This document shows positions 30,215 to 40,919 of a stretch of DNA of 64,000 nucleotides, piece after piece (position 1 is the stretch's first letter; every line of letters begins with the position of its first letter). A program made the position numbers and the translations under genes. The stretch spans positions 1,953-65,952 of the forward strand of contig WQTD01000011.1 of the NCBI GenBank assembly GCA_009786455.1. Direction: 5' to 3'. Source of the DNA: Treponema sp. (GTDB lineage Bacteria > Spirochaetota > Spirochaetia > Treponematales > Breznakiellaceae). The notes below the pieces were generated by a model. It did not search any database. It was not told where the DNA came from and saw only the letters and a program-made list of their open reading frames with translations.

Positions 30215-33200
30215 TTATTTCAAATAATCATCCGCAAGACCTGCGGCTTTTTTAAATGCGCTGTGTAAAATATGAGTTCCTATTTCATCAAGAACAATTT
30301 TTACTTTGTCCGGCCATTCTTTTTGGTTTAATTCCTGTAGCTGCGCTTTTGCCGCTTTATTGTCAAACGCTTCGCATGCTGTTTTAATAATTTGAAGTTT
30401 TTCACGTAAATAATTAAGATCAATATCGGGTTTGTTTAAGGGTTCTTTTACTTCCGGTTTATATTTCGCAATTACGGATCGGAGAGAATTTATAAACGAG
30501 GGAGTTGTGTTTGCGATTTCAGCAAAGTTGCGCTCTTCTCCGGCATTTTCCAGTTTGTATGCGATACCTGATAATTCCTTCTCGCCCATATTGGCAAGAG
30601 TGCTTTTCATTCCATGGACGGTGATAATGTATAAGTCCAGCTCTTCTTTTTCCGGTTCGCCTGTGTTTTTAATAAACTTTTCCAGTGTATTTATCGCGTT
30701 TTCAGCGTCAAGAATAAATAATCTTGACATTTCGGATGATTTGGAAATCTCCTGCGTGTCAAACTTCTGGTCGGCAGTATCAATATTGTTATTTTGTTCG
30801 CGGCGCGCCGCTTCTACAACTTCAGGCGGTTTTCTGTTTCGTATAAAATCATTTAAGAAAAGATTTAATTCGCGGGAATCAATCGGTTTTGAAATAAAAC
30901 CGTCAAATCCGTTTTTCATGAACATCTCAGCTCTTCCGATAAGAGCATTCGCCGTCAGCGCGATAATCGGATGTTTATATCCCATTTCCCGCAAAATTTT
31001 AACAGCTTCGATTCCGTCCATTTTCGGCATCATATGATCCATAAACACAATGTCGTATACATTCCCTTCTTTTATTTTTTTAATTGCATCAAACCCACTG
31101 TTAACAGTCTCGATTTTTAAGCCGTAGGGAAGAAGCATTCCCCTGGCGACATAATTATTTGATTCAACATCGTCCACTACAAGAACGCTGCCGTACGGCA
31201 TATATTCGCGTATAAAACGTGTTTTTTTCAGGATGGTAGTGTTTTGAAAATGGAAATTCTGAAGTTTTCCGGATAGTTCGTTTCCGCAAACGCTCTTGCT
31301 CATTCGTATTTGCGGAATTCGGACTGTAAATACAGATCCCTTTTCCGGTTCGCTTGTAACTTCTATGGTGCCGTCCATTAAATCCACAAGGCGTTTTGTA
31401 ATACTCATGCCAAGACCGGCTCCGACAGTAGTCCGGTTTACCCTGAGATTAAAACGTGTATATTCAATGAAAAGCCTTTCCAGCTGATCTTCGCTCATCC
31501 CCTGTCCGGTATCGCTGATGCGGAATACAAGAATCACATCATCGTCGGAGGTATCATTCAGATATTCAGCGGATACATTAAAATCTATCCTGCCTTTATC
31601 AGTATATTTATAAGCGTTTGAAAGTATATTGTTTAAAATCTGTTTGATGCGAAGCTCGTCTCCGTATAAATCAACAGGAGTGTTTTCATCAACAAAAAGA
31701 AAAAATTCGATAGGTTTGGAGTCATAGCGAAGGCGGTTTAACTGCACAGTATCGTTAATTAGGCTTGGAATATCATATTTATTGGGAGTGATATCCAGTT
31801 TACCGGATTCTATTTTTGACAAATCAAGTATGTCATTAATAATGTTCAGCAGAAGATCGCCTGATTCATAAATTTTCCCGAAAGCTTCCATCGTGCCGGG
31901 TGAATGGTTTTCATCATCCCTCATCTGGATTTCGGTGATGCCCAAAATCGCGTTCATCGGAGTGCGTATCTCGTGGCTCATGTGCGAGAGGAATATGCTC
32001 TTTGAGCGGTTGCTTTGCTCGGCTTGTTCTTTCGCGGAAACCAGTTCGTCCGCCATTTCATTGCGGATAACGGCGTTTGCAATCATCCGGCTTGCCGAGC
32101 GCAGGATTAGTATCTCGCTGTCTTTGAACAGCCGTTCTATTTTACAATGATCAAAGCAGACAAAACCCCAGAAATGATCCTGCAAAAATACAGGCGCTAT
32201 AAGGGTGGACAATATATTTCTCGGCGCAAGTTCCTTCTGCTCAGCAGGAGGCAAATTGCGTATCAAAGTGTTGACGCAATTTCCCTGCGTTAATTGTTCG
32301 TTCCATGCGGGATGATCATTAAAGAAAAGATCGGGAGCCAGATTTCCGTCTATGGACTGTGATTTAAAACTGTCCCTTTCCCACTGGTATAGAAGAGAGA
32401 AACGCTGTCCCAGAGCGGAGCCTGTGTTTCTCCATATGCAGATGCGATCAACGCCTGTAACCTCCGCCATTATGCCCATTGATTTTTGCAATGTGTCGTC
32501 AAAGTGGCCTATATCAGGTTCGAGCAGGGTTGAAGATATGTTATTCGCTGTTTTTAAAAGCTCATTCTGTCTGTTTATCGCGCTTGTCATCTCCACATGC
32601 TCGCGCATATCGCGGATATACGCCATGAGGAGATTTTCACCGCCGTAGGTAACGCTTTCAAGGGTGACAATAGCCGGAATCGGCGTTCCGTCCAGCAGCT
32701 GATGCGTCCAGTTAAAAACGCATTTTCCTTTTTCCGCCGTTTGTATCCCGTATTTAAACAGCAGTTCATACGAAAGCTGTCCGTCAGGCTGATATTTCGG
32801 CGAAAGATCTTTTTCAAAGTGTTTTATGAAATCATGCCTGCTTTCCAGTTCAAAGAGACGCACCGCTTCGGTATTACAATCGTATATCCTGCCTTCGATG
32901 CTTCCTGTAAAACAGGCGATGGGGAGAGTGTCCAGCATGATCCTTGTACGCTCGTGTTCCTTTTGTAACATGGTTAATTTTTTTTTGTTCCTGAAAATTA
33001 TGCTTAATGTCAGGGCAAGAACAATCAGGGAAAGAACAATTATACCTATTAGTAAGGGCATCTGCATTCTGAGCATTTTTATCCGGTAATCGTATGATCT
33101 TGTAAGCCATTGTTCTATGATGATTTTTGTATCAATAGTTGACATCGCCTTATCCATAACGGAGCGCAAAACAGCCTGCTCCCTGTTAAAAGCAAAAGCA

Positions 33201-34693
33201 GACTCATAAAAATAGTTGAACAGATAATTTGCCTTATAACCTGAAAATTCGTAATAATTTGAATAAAAAAGCAGCTTGCTTTTTGCTGCCATAACCATGT
33301 CAACATCGTCCTTTTCCAAAGCATGAAACGCATCGTCAACAACATCGTACTCCACTGTATTTTCAGCGTTTGGAAACCACCTTTTAAACATTTCCATATG
33401 GGCGGTGTTTTTTACAAGCGCAATCCGCACCTGCGGTATTTCATTCAGGTTAATATTTGGGAAATTTATCTTTGACAGAAGCGCGTATTGATCGGGCATG
33501 AGTTTATGATCCGCCCATAAATAGTGAGGTTCCCGCTCCGCCGAAAAAATAAGATCGGAAAACATATGCGCCCTGCCGTCGCCGAGCATTTGTATCAATT
33601 CGTACATTTCGGTATTTTTGTTATTTACAACTTCGAAAGATATACCGGTAATCTCTTCTACTTCGCGCAGTATATCAAAAGTAATGCCGTCCCATCTCTT
33701 TTTATATTCATCATAAAAAACCATCGGGTAATTAAAATATTGCGCCGCAACCGGTACAATGGCGGTATTCCTTAAATAAGCTTTTTCTTCATCGTTCAGC
33801 TTTATAAGGAATTTATGCCGTTTGTATTCGTTATAACCTGCATTGTACAGGCTGTTCAGATAAGGTACAGCGCCGCTTTCCAAAGCCTTGTTCACAACAG
33901 ATATAATTGTTTCAAGTGATGGATTTATTGTTATCATTGAAACAGGACTGTAAATCAGCGGAAAAAAATCTTCATGTATTAAATTATCGTATAAAATGAA
34001 ATTCGCTTCAGCGGCTTTTGATGTTATAAGCGCGTCGGCGTCTCCTCTTTCAAGGATACTGTACGCTTCGCTGTAATTGCCTGCCCAAACACATTCATAC
34101 GAATCCCTTCCTATAACAGAAGCAATGGCGGCTTCAGTGGGAGCGCCTGATGTAAAAGCATACCGGGGTTTACGTTCTCGTCTTATGAGGCTGATACTGC
34201 GGCTTTCGGCAAGCCTTGTAATAATAAATTGCCGTTCGGCAATGGGGTCGCTTATATAATAATTTTCAATATTTTCATCGCCGGTTAAAAAATGTACCGA
34301 GAAATCAATTTCACCTGTATTTAATTTTTCTGTTAATTCAGTCCATTCAAGTATCCTGAGGTTAAATTGAATGCCGAAAAGTCCAGAGAGCCATTGGCAG
34401 TAAAGCGCGGCGTATCCGTTGAGATCTCCGTCTCCGTCCACAAACGCTTCAGATGACGGAGCCATTCCGTAAATAAAAGATTCATTTTGTTTTTGAAGTG
34501 ATTCTATAGCAGTGATTTCCTGCGTCGTTACCCCAGGAATATCGCGGAATGACCGGATCGCGGAAAAGTCAACAGATGTATCATCCGGTTTTTGAAAACA
34601 TCCTGATATTACCAGACAAACAAATGAAAAGGAAATCACCGGAATAATTTTTAGCATATATAAAGTATATTTTATTTTTGTATGTTTTTGCAT
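30215..34693 (-). CDS. Hybrid histidine kinase with two periplasmic solute-binding domains, PAS, GAF, HisKA, HATPase, REC, Hpt (start may be 34657)
   Basis: Lipobox-like ISGC, two SBP-like repeats, TM, PAS (QPDG), GAF (FWGFVCFD), SHEIRTP, FMDHMMP, VHGMKS. Confidence 0.92.
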   Translation of the reverse strand: MQKHTKIKYTLYMLKIIPVISFSFVCLVISGCFQKPDDTSVDFSAIRSFRDIPGVTTQEITAIESLQKQNESFIYGMAPSSEAFVDGDGDLNGYAALYCQWLSGLFGIQFNLRILEWTELTEKLNTGEIDFSVHFLTGDENIENYYISDPIAERQFIITRLAESRSISLIRRERKPRYAFTSGAPTEAAIASVIGRDSYECVWAGNYSEAYSILERGDADALITSKAAEANFILYDNLIHEDFFPLIYSPVSMITINPSLETIISVVNKALESGAVPYLNSLYNAGYNEYKRHKFLIKLNDEEKAYLRNTAIVPVAAQYFNYPMVFYDEYKKRWDGITFDILREVEEITGISFEVVNNKNTEMYELIQMLGDGRAHMFSDLIFSAEREPHYLWADHKLMPDQYALLSKINFPNINLNEIPQVRIALVKNTAHMEMFKRWFPNAENTVEYDVVDDAFHALEKDDVDMVMAAKSKLLFYSNYYEFSGYKANYLFNYFYESAFAFNREQAVLRSVMDKAMSTIDTKIIIEQWLTRSYDYRIKMLRMQMPLLIGIIVLSLIVLALTLSIIFRNKKKLTMLQKEHERTRIMLDTLPIACFTGSIEGRIYDCNTEAVRLFELESRHDFIKHFEKDLSPKYQPDGQLSYELLFKYGIQTAEKGKCVFNWTHQLLDGTPIPAIVTLESVTYGGENLLMAYIRDMREHVEMTSAINRQNELLKTANNISSTLLEPDIGHFDDTLQKSMGIMAEVTGVDRICIWRNTGSALGQRFSLLYQWERDSFKSQSIDGNLAPDLFFNDHPAWNEQLTQGNCVNTLIRNLPPAEQKELAPRNILSTLIAPVFLQDHFWGFVCFDHCKIERLFKDSEILILRSASRMIANAVIRNEMADELVSAKEQAEQSNRSKSIFLSHMSHEIRTPMNAILGITEIQMRDDENHSPGTMEAFGKIYESGDLLLNIINDILDLSKIESGKLDITPNKYDIPSLINDTVQLNRLRYDSKPIEFFLFVDENTPVDLYGDELRIKQILNNILSNAYKYTDKGRIDFNVSAEYLNDTSDDDVILVFRISDTGQGMSEDQLERLFIEYTRFNLRVNRTTVGAGLGMSITKRLVDLMDGTIEVTSEPEKGSVFTVRIPQIRMSKSVCGNELSGKLQNFHFQNTTILKKTRFIREYMPYGSVLVVDDVESNNYVARGMLLPYGLKIETVNSGFDAIKKIKEGNVYDIVFMDHMMPKMDGIEAVKILREMGYKHPIIALTANALIGRAEMFMKNGFDGFISKPIDSRELNLFLNDFIRNRKPPEVVEAARREQNNNIDTADQKFDTQEISKSSEMSRLFILDAENAINTLEKFIKNTGEPEKEELDLYIITVHGMKSTLANMGEKELSGIAYKLENAGEERNFAEIANTTPSFINSLRSVIAKYKPEVKEPLNKPDIDLNYLREKLQIIKTACEAFDNKAAKAQLQELNQKEWPDKVKIVLDEIGTHILHSAFKKAAGLADDYLK

Positions 34694-36477
34694 TATATTT
34701 TCATAAAAGTACCGCTGATTCTTTCCACATTGAGGCTTCGGGCTGCCGCGTCAAATATTTCCTTGTATGCGCCTTCCTTTTTATAAACTTCTTCGTGGGT
34801 GCCGCTTTCCAGTACATGCCCCTGTTTAAGTACATAGATCATGTCAGAATCGATAAACTGCGAGACGCTGTGCGAAATAATGATGACAGTCCGGTCCTTT
34901 TTTATTGCATCAAGGCTGTTTTTGATCTGCTCTGTGGCAATCGCATCCAGGCTTGCCGTCGGCTCGTCAAGGAAGATAATGGGCGGTTTCTTCAAAAACA
35001 GCCTTGCGATGGCGATTCGCTGCTGCTGACCGCCTGACAGTAACAGCGCAGAGGATTCGTAGCCGTCTGGGAGATTTACGATCTGTTCATGAATGTAAGC
35101 CTGCTTCGCGGCGTCCACCATTTCTTCGTAGGATGCGCCGGGTTTTCCGTAAAAAATATTATCCGCTATGCTCCCGCTGAAAATATGGTTTTTCTGCAGC
35201 ACCAACCCAATGTTTTCGCGCAGGAATTTTGTGTCGTATTCGCGTAACGGCACTCCGTCAAGTAAAATCTCACCCTCTGAGGGCTCATAAAATTTATCAA
35301 GAAGATTTATAACAGTGCTTTTGCCCGCTCCGGAAAGCCCGACAAGCGCTGTGATTTTATTCGGAAGAACTGTCATGTTCACGGCGAACAGGGCTTTTGT
35401 TCCGTTGGGATAGGAAAAGTTTACATTCTTAAGTTCAAATTTTCCGCTGATCTTTTCCGGCTTGTAAGCGCCTGACTGCTCAATCTGGTGATTTGAATTC
35501 ATGATGTCAAAAAAACCTTCAGCATAAATAAGCGCGTCGTTCACTTCATCGTAAATACGGTGAAGCTGTCTTATTGGAGCTGTAACATTATTGAACAGCA
35601 TTATGTGAAGCATGATAGCGCCGATCAGCATTTGGCCTGTTAAAACCAGATAAGCGGTTAGTATAATTATTATTACAACGCCGAACTGCTCGGTAAATGT
35701 TTTAAGAGCGTCAAATTTAAAATTGGTTGAACGGGTTTTCATCTGCGTGTCGGCAAGAGCTGTCTGCAGGGCAAGCTGTTTTTTACCTTCAATGTCTTCG
35801 CGGTTAAACGATTTTATTACGCTTATGGATTCCAGAATATTAATAATTCCGCCTGATTTATTTTCGCGGAAACTGCGGATATTGCGCCGCCAGCCTTTGA
35901 GTTTGGTCGCTTGTCTTTTGCTGATTAAAAAATATACAGGTACAATGCACAGAGCGACAAAGCCGACGGAAAAGTTCGCGTTAAACATTCCAATAAGAGC
36001 GACAATGGCGGATGTAAAAAGCGGAAAAATATCAATGAAAAAAACCTGTACCATGCGGGTTAAACTTGATACTCCCTGATCAATACGGGTCTGCAGTTTG
36101 CCTGAACCGCTTTCATCAGCGGTGAAAAACGCCATGCGGAAAGTTAAAACCTTTTCTATTATCCTTTGCGCGAAATCCTTGGAAATCATAATGCGGATTT
36201 TTTCGCCGAAAAATTTCTGCCCGAAAGAGACGGCGATATTTAAGAGTTCTTTGCTTAATAAAATTATTGAAATAATGGCGACAATATGTAAACCTTCGCT
36301 TAACGCTTTTTGCTGCTCGACAAGGGAGGCGATGCTGTTAACGGTATACTGCAGTACGTAAGCGTTAACCTGCGCTGTCAGGGCTCCGATAAAAGTCAGC
36401 GACAACGCAAGGAAAATGAGCCATCTGTAAGGACGGACATAGGGAAGGATGTTTTTTATAAGTGTAAATAATGACAT
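34693..36477 (-). CDS. ABC exporter, fused permease and ATPase (MsbA-like)
   Basis: TM domain; GLSGAGKST, LSGGQQQR, FLDEPTASLD. Confidence 0.93.
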   Translation of the reverse strand: MSLFTLIKNILPYVRPYRWLIFLALSLTFIGALTAQVNAYVLQYTVNSIASLVEQQKALSEGLHIVAIISIILLSKELLNIAVSFGQKFFGEKIRIMISKDFAQRIIEKVLTFRMAFFTADESGSGKLQTRIDQGVSSLTRMVQVFFIDIFPLFTSAIVALIGMFNANFSVGFVALCIVPVYFLISKRQATKLKGWRRNIRSFRENKSGGIINILESISVIKSFNREDIEGKKQLALQTALADTQMKTRSTNFKFDALKTFTEQFGVVIIIILTAYLVLTGQMLIGAIMLHIMLFNNVTAPIRQLHRIYDEVNDALIYAEGFFDIMNSNHQIEQSGAYKPEKISGKFELKNVNFSYPNGTKALFAVNMTVLPNKITALVGLSGAGKSTVINLLDKFYEPSEGEILLDGVPLREYDTKFLRENIGLVLQKNHIFSGSIADNIFYGKPGASYEEMVDAAKQAYIHEQIVNLPDGYESSALLLSGGQQQRIAIARLFLKKPPIIFLDEPTASLDAIATEQIKNSLDAIKKDRTVIIISHSVSQFIDSDMIYVLKQGHVLESGTHEEVYKKEGAYKEIFDAAARSLNVERISGTFMKI

Positions 36478-36516
36478 TATTTAATAATATATTAAAATCA
36501 AAATCAAAATAGTATC

Positions 36517-39500
36517 TTATTTTTCCCTTCTTTTTTCCAGCATGAGATAAACAACCGGAATGAAGAAAAGCGTTATAAATGTGGAGCTGAAAAGACCGCC
36601 GAATATGCTCTGCCCAAGCGGAGCGTAAATTTCCGATCCTTCTCCTGTTGCAAGGGACAGGGGGATGATGCCGAAAAGCGTTGTTATTGTCGTCATCAAA
36701 ATCGGTTTTAAACGTGAAATGGAACCTGTAATGACCGCTTCTTCCAGAGGAAGTCCGTATTTATCCCTTAACAGGTTGATATAACTTATCAGGATAATGG
36801 CGTTATTCACAACAAGCCCCGCCAGGGTGATAATGCCCATGATTGAAACAAGATTTAATGATGAGCGGAATAACAAAAGACCGCCTGTTATTCCTATCAA
36901 TGTAAAAGGTATTGAAGACATAACAAGAAGAGGCTGGGTGAAACGCTCAAACTGAATTACCATAACCGAGTAAATTAAAAATATTGCAAGGACAAGCACA
37001 ACAATTAAAGACCGAAAAGAAGAAAGCATTTCGGCGGCGGTTCCTCCAAGCTCCCAGCTTGCTCCGGGAACAATGCCGTGTGTATTAATGAGGTTTTCAA
37101 GGCGGCGGGTGCTTTCGCGCACGTTCGGATCCTTTAAATTAGCTGAAACTGTGATTGAACGGGATTTATTTCTGTGGTTGATCCTGGAGATGGTTTCTTC
37201 AATTTCAAGTTCTGCGAAATTCGCGTAAGAAACCTGATTTCCCTGTCTTGTATTTATTCCAAGAGAGTATAAAACATCATCGGAGACAGAACCGCTTCCA
37301 AGAGAGGTTCGCAGTTCTATGGGATAATTTTTATCCTTACCGTAAAAAGTGCCGAGGGAAATGCCGTTAAACGCAATTCTGCCTGCAAGAGCGGCTTCGT
37401 AGGAGGTAAGCCCTAGAAGACCCAGATATTGATGTAAAAGGCGCGTGTTCATTTCACGCTGGTTAAAACGAATGTCAATATCTGTATTAACTACGTTTGA
37501 ATCCTGAAGCATATACTGCCTTATCTGGGAAGATGCGGCGACAACCGCATCAAGGTTTGCGCCGTATACATTGACAACAAGTCCTTCGCCGCCTGTAGCC
37601 ATTGACATCAGATTGGAAAGACCGCCGTTTCTGAAATCAGCCAGTACGTCGGGGATCATCCGCTTTATTTTTTCGTTCAGTTCGTTAACAATTTCCGTTA
37701 CGTGACGTTTTCTGCCCTGTGGGCGTTTCAGCCTGATTGTCCCGTAACAGCGGTTCGGCTCGTTTCCCATGTCAAAAGCGCCTGCCTGACCTGCGATATA
37801 AAAGGATGTTTCCATCTCGTTCCCGATTATTTCCCTGACGGTTTTTTCCAGAATAATTATTTTATCGCGAGTCATTTCAAGAGTATATCCGCCGGGCGTT
37901 TCCACGCTGACTACTATTTCAGCCATATCAGTCTGAGCAAGGAACTCAAAACCAAGAAAACGAATTGACAAAAGACTTAAAATAAAAAGTATTAAAGTTC
38001 CGGCAATAAAGGAAAATTTGTTTTTTATCGCGTTTAATAAAAGATTTTTGTATTTGTTGTTCAGATTTTCCATAAATCTGTCCATGCGCGCGCTAAAATC
38101 AAGGTTAATCTTTTTCCTGAAAATATGAATGATCTTTAACATTTCTTTTTCAGGTTTCAGAAAAATGGAGCATAAAAACGGAATAACAACGATAGCCGCC
38201 AGTATAGAGAAAAATATCGCGAAAATTATTGTCCATGCGACGTCTTTCAGGATAATGCCGGCAAGCCCTGTTAAAAAAAGCACCGGGAAAAAAGCGGCCA
38301 ATGTTGTTGTCATCGAAGCGATCAGTGCCTGTCCTGTTTCGCGGACTCCCAATGAAGCGGCATCTGATGCGTTTAACTGCCCCTTGTTAAAATGCCTCTG
38401 TATCATTTCAAGAACGACAATTGAAGCGTCAATAATCATACCTATTGCTGCTGTCATGCCTCCAAGGGTTACAAGATCAAGACTCGATCCTTTAACCCAG
38501 AGGGCGAGCATCGTAAAAAGAATTGAAAGCGGAATGGAAAAACTGATCATGAAGGTTGCGCTTGTGTTATGCAAAAATATAAACAGGACCAAAACGGCAA
38601 GCGCTGCGCCGAAAACCGCAGAACGCAGAACTGAATTTACAGACATCGATATGTTTACTGCGTCATCCTTGATGTATGAAAAAGAAAGTTTCCCGCTCTT
38701 TTCTTTTTCAAAAGAATCAAGAATGGTTCGTATTTCGCGGCTTATTAAAATACTGTCTCCGTCCTGCTGTTTATTTACAGAAAGGGCAAGAGAATCCTCT
38801 CCGTTGGAAATGACATAATTGCTTCTGCGATCTTCCCTTATTTCTACGTCAGCGATATCTTTAAGCCGGATAAAATGTCCGTCTTTAAACGCAAGGACCT
38901 GATCCTTAAAATCGTCAAGAGAGGCATAACGGCCGTCCGTTCGTATATTTAAGTTATATCCCTGATAAATGCCCGCTCCTCCGGGAAGGGAAAAATTCGC
39001 GGCTCCAAGAATCTGGGTTATATCCAAAAGCGGAATCTGAAGCGCGTTGAGTCTGTTAATATCGATATTAATTTCCGCTATATCCCTGCTGCCGCCGTTA
39101 ATGCTTACATTTGCAACGCCTGTCACTCTGGACAGCGCGGGGATTATTTCGTCATTGCAAAGCGAAGACAATTCGCTGCGGCTGATTTCACCTTTTGCGA
39201 TAATTGTCATGATTGGAAGTTCAGCGGTACTGTATTGGAGTATCCTCGGAGGAGAGGGAAGATCATCTGGGAGATTCGGCATTGCGCTGTTTATTTTTTC
39301 CCTTATTTCATAAAGCCTGTCTTCAGCCTTTTCGTTATAACCCAGCTGAAGTTCAATAACGGAAACAGAGTTTCTTGAAACTGAAGACATCAGCTTAAGC
39401 CCGGAAAGAGTGCCCAGCGATTCTTCAAGCGGATTTGTAATTTCAACTTCAATATCCGAAGGACCTACGCCAGGCCATGTTGTAATAACAACCAGAGTAG

Positions 39501-39627
39501 GCATGTTCATGTCAGCAATCAGGCTCCGCCTGAGGCTGAAAACCGACATCAGTCCAAAAACAAAAAGTATAATGAGCAGCATCATTATCACTTTGGGATG
39601 TTTTATCGCGAAATCCGATATTTTCAT
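36517..39627 (-). CDS. RND efflux permease (AcrB/AcrD/AcrF family)
   Basis: 1036 aa; TNPLEE, GMIIDASIVVLE, SRLKPILMTT. Confidence 0.94.
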   Translation of the reverse strand: MKISDFAIKHPKVIMMLLIILFVFGLMSVFSLRRSLIADMNMPTLVVITTWPGVGPSDIEVEITNPLEESLGTLSGLKLMSSVSRNSVSVIELQLGYNEKAEDRLYEIREKINSAMPNLPDDLPSPPRILQYSTAELPIMTIIAKGEISRSELSSLCNDEIIPALSRVTGVANVSINGGSRDIAEINIDINRLNALQIPLLDITQILGAANFSLPGGAGIYQGYNLNIRTDGRYASLDDFKDQVLAFKDGHFIRLKDIADVEIREDRRSNYVISNGEDSLALSVNKQQDGDSILISREIRTILDSFEKEKSGKLSFSYIKDDAVNISMSVNSVLRSAVFGAALAVLVLFIFLHNTSATFMISFSIPLSILFTMLALWVKGSSLDLVTLGGMTAAIGMIIDASIVVLEMIQRHFNKGQLNASDAASLGVRETGQALIASMTTTLAAFFPVLFLTGLAGIILKDVAWTIIFAIFFSILAAIVVIPFLCSIFLKPEKEMLKIIHIFRKKINLDFSARMDRFMENLNNKYKNLLLNAIKNKFSFIAGTLILFILSLLSIRFLGFEFLAQTDMAEIVVSVETPGGYTLEMTRDKIIILEKTVREIIGNEMETSFYIAGQAGAFDMGNEPNRCYGTIRLKRPQGRKRHVTEIVNELNEKIKRMIPDVLADFRNGGLSNLMSMATGGEGLVVNVYGANLDAVVAASSQIRQYMLQDSNVVNTDIDIRFNQREMNTRLLHQYLGLLGLTSYEAALAGRIAFNGISLGTFYGKDKNYPIELRTSLGSGSVSDDVLYSLGINTRQGNQVSYANFAELEIEETISRINHRNKSRSITVSANLKDPNVRESTRRLENLINTHGIVPGASWELGGTAAEMLSSFRSLIVVLVLAIFLIYSVMVIQFERFTQPLLVMSSIPFTLIGITGGLLLFRSSLNLVSIMGIITLAGLVVNNAIILISYINLLRDKYGLPLEEAVITGSISRLKPILMTTITTLFGIIPLSLATGEGSEIYAPLGQSIFGGLFSSTFITLFFIPVVYLMLEKRREK

Positions 39628-40703
39628 TGAGGCGTATCACCGGAAAGAATATTGACGCGCTGACCCTGATTGATAAAATGCTGACCTTCCAGAATAAAAA
39701 TCATGTTTTCATACAGCGAAGGAATTTGAAAAAATTCATTATTAAAAAATTCCGGATTTAATTCCATGTACTGCGCTTTTCCTTCTTCAGCGACATACCA
39801 CAGCCTGTTTCCCGATGCCAGAGTTTTAAACGGCAGGAAAAAAATTCTTTCTCTTTTTTCCAGCGTGAAAATTACGTTGACAAACATACCCGGACGAAGA
39901 CCATATTGCACTCCGTCAGGAATTTCATATTCGACAATAAAACTTCGATTTTCAGGTGAAACATAGGGCGCAAGGCTTAAAGGCTGAAGATCATAGGATG
40001 CCTCTCCAAGGGCGGGAGCGTTAATGCGTACAGGCATTCTTTCCCAGTTGTCCGCGAAAAACCTGTAATGAATTTCAGGAATCGCCGCGTTAATCCGCAA
40101 GTCGCCGAGGTCTCCAAGAGTGACAAGAGGCGTTCCCGCTCCTACAAGAGCGCCCTGTGTTCCATGACGCATTAGAACGGTCGCATTCATTGGAGAGCGG
40201 ATATTCGTATAATCAAGGTTTAACTGCGCCATTTCAAACTGCGCCCTTGCAACTTCGGAAGCCATTCTCGCTTCATCGTAATTCTGGCGCGATACTCCCT
40301 GACTGCTGTAAAGCTGACCAATTCTGTCGTAAGTGGAGCGGGCGGTCATATACTGCGATCTTGCCTGCAGGAAGGTGAGATCATACGGAGCGGAATCCAC
40401 CTGTGCGATTATCTGATCCACTTCTACTTCGTCACCCGCTTTTACATCAAGCATGACAAGAGTGCCGGCAACGCGAGGAACAAGCGTTATAAGGCGGCCT
40501 GTTTCAACCTGGCTTGTGATGCGCAGGGTTTTTTCAAGATTTCCGTAAACCGGTTTTATTGTAATGACGGGAGCAAGGAATTCATCATCGCCTGAATTAT
40601 TCCTGAGTATCACTGATACTAGAACCAGCAAAAAAAGAAGCGTTAAACCTGCGAATATTCCCAGTTTTAATGGAGGTATTTTTTTTATTTTATTAAGAAT
40701 CAT
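39624..40703 (-). CDS. RND periplasmic adaptor subunit
   Basis: TM anchor, lipoyl halves (PRVAG...GDEV; IRSPM...G), LRPGMF. Start taken at MILNK; the ORF extends to 40760. Confidence 0.9.
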   Translation of the reverse strand: MILNKIKKIPPLKLGIFAGLTLLFLLVLVSVILRNNSGDDEFLAPVITIKPVYGNLEKTLRITSQVETGRLITLVPRVAGTLVMLDVKAGDEVEVDQIIAQVDSAPYDLTFLQARSQYMTARSTYDRIGQLYSSQGVSRQNYDEARMASEVARAQFEMAQLNLDYTNIRSPMNATVLMRHGTQGALVGAGTPLVTLGDLGDLRINAAIPEIHYRFFADNWERMPVRINAPALGEASYDLQPLSLAPYVSPENRSFIVEYEIPDGVQYGLRPGMFVNVIFTLEKRERIFFLPFKTLASGNRLWYVAEEGKAQYMELNPEFFNNEFFQIPSLYENMIFILEGQHFINQGQRVNILSGDTPQ

Positions 40704-40760
40704 ACTAACGACCGCTTTTAAACCAATTATAATTGATTTAGCGTATAAACGTAAATACAT

Positions 40761-40878
40761 GAGCTTTTCACAAAACCCGGTTTGTTTTGAAAAAGCTCCT
40801 GAAAAAGCGGTCTAAAGCCCATTTTTTCATTTAAAACCAAGGCAGCTTTCCCCAAAGCTGAAGTTTTGGGAAGACCTT
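40761..40878. repeat. ~120-bp composite MITE/REP-like element (type-A hairpin, middle hairpin, linker, type-B hairpin)
   Basis: Colinear with 60307-60426. Confidence 0.75.
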
Positions 40879-40919
40879 ACACAATTGAAACATTATTATA
40901 AAAAGGTTTATTATAAAAT

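Noticed and set aside
38129-38818. Long antisense ORFs (229 aa here, 201 aa at 30432-31037, and many shorter ones in the track)
   Set aside because: They are shadows of well-supported genes on the opposite strand with no recognisable motifs.
36517-40703. RND pump lacking TolC and with non-AcrB proton-relay residues as a novelty
   Set aside because: The outer-membrane channel is often encoded elsewhere, and a single TM4 Asp with GLVVNNAI is a common RND variant.
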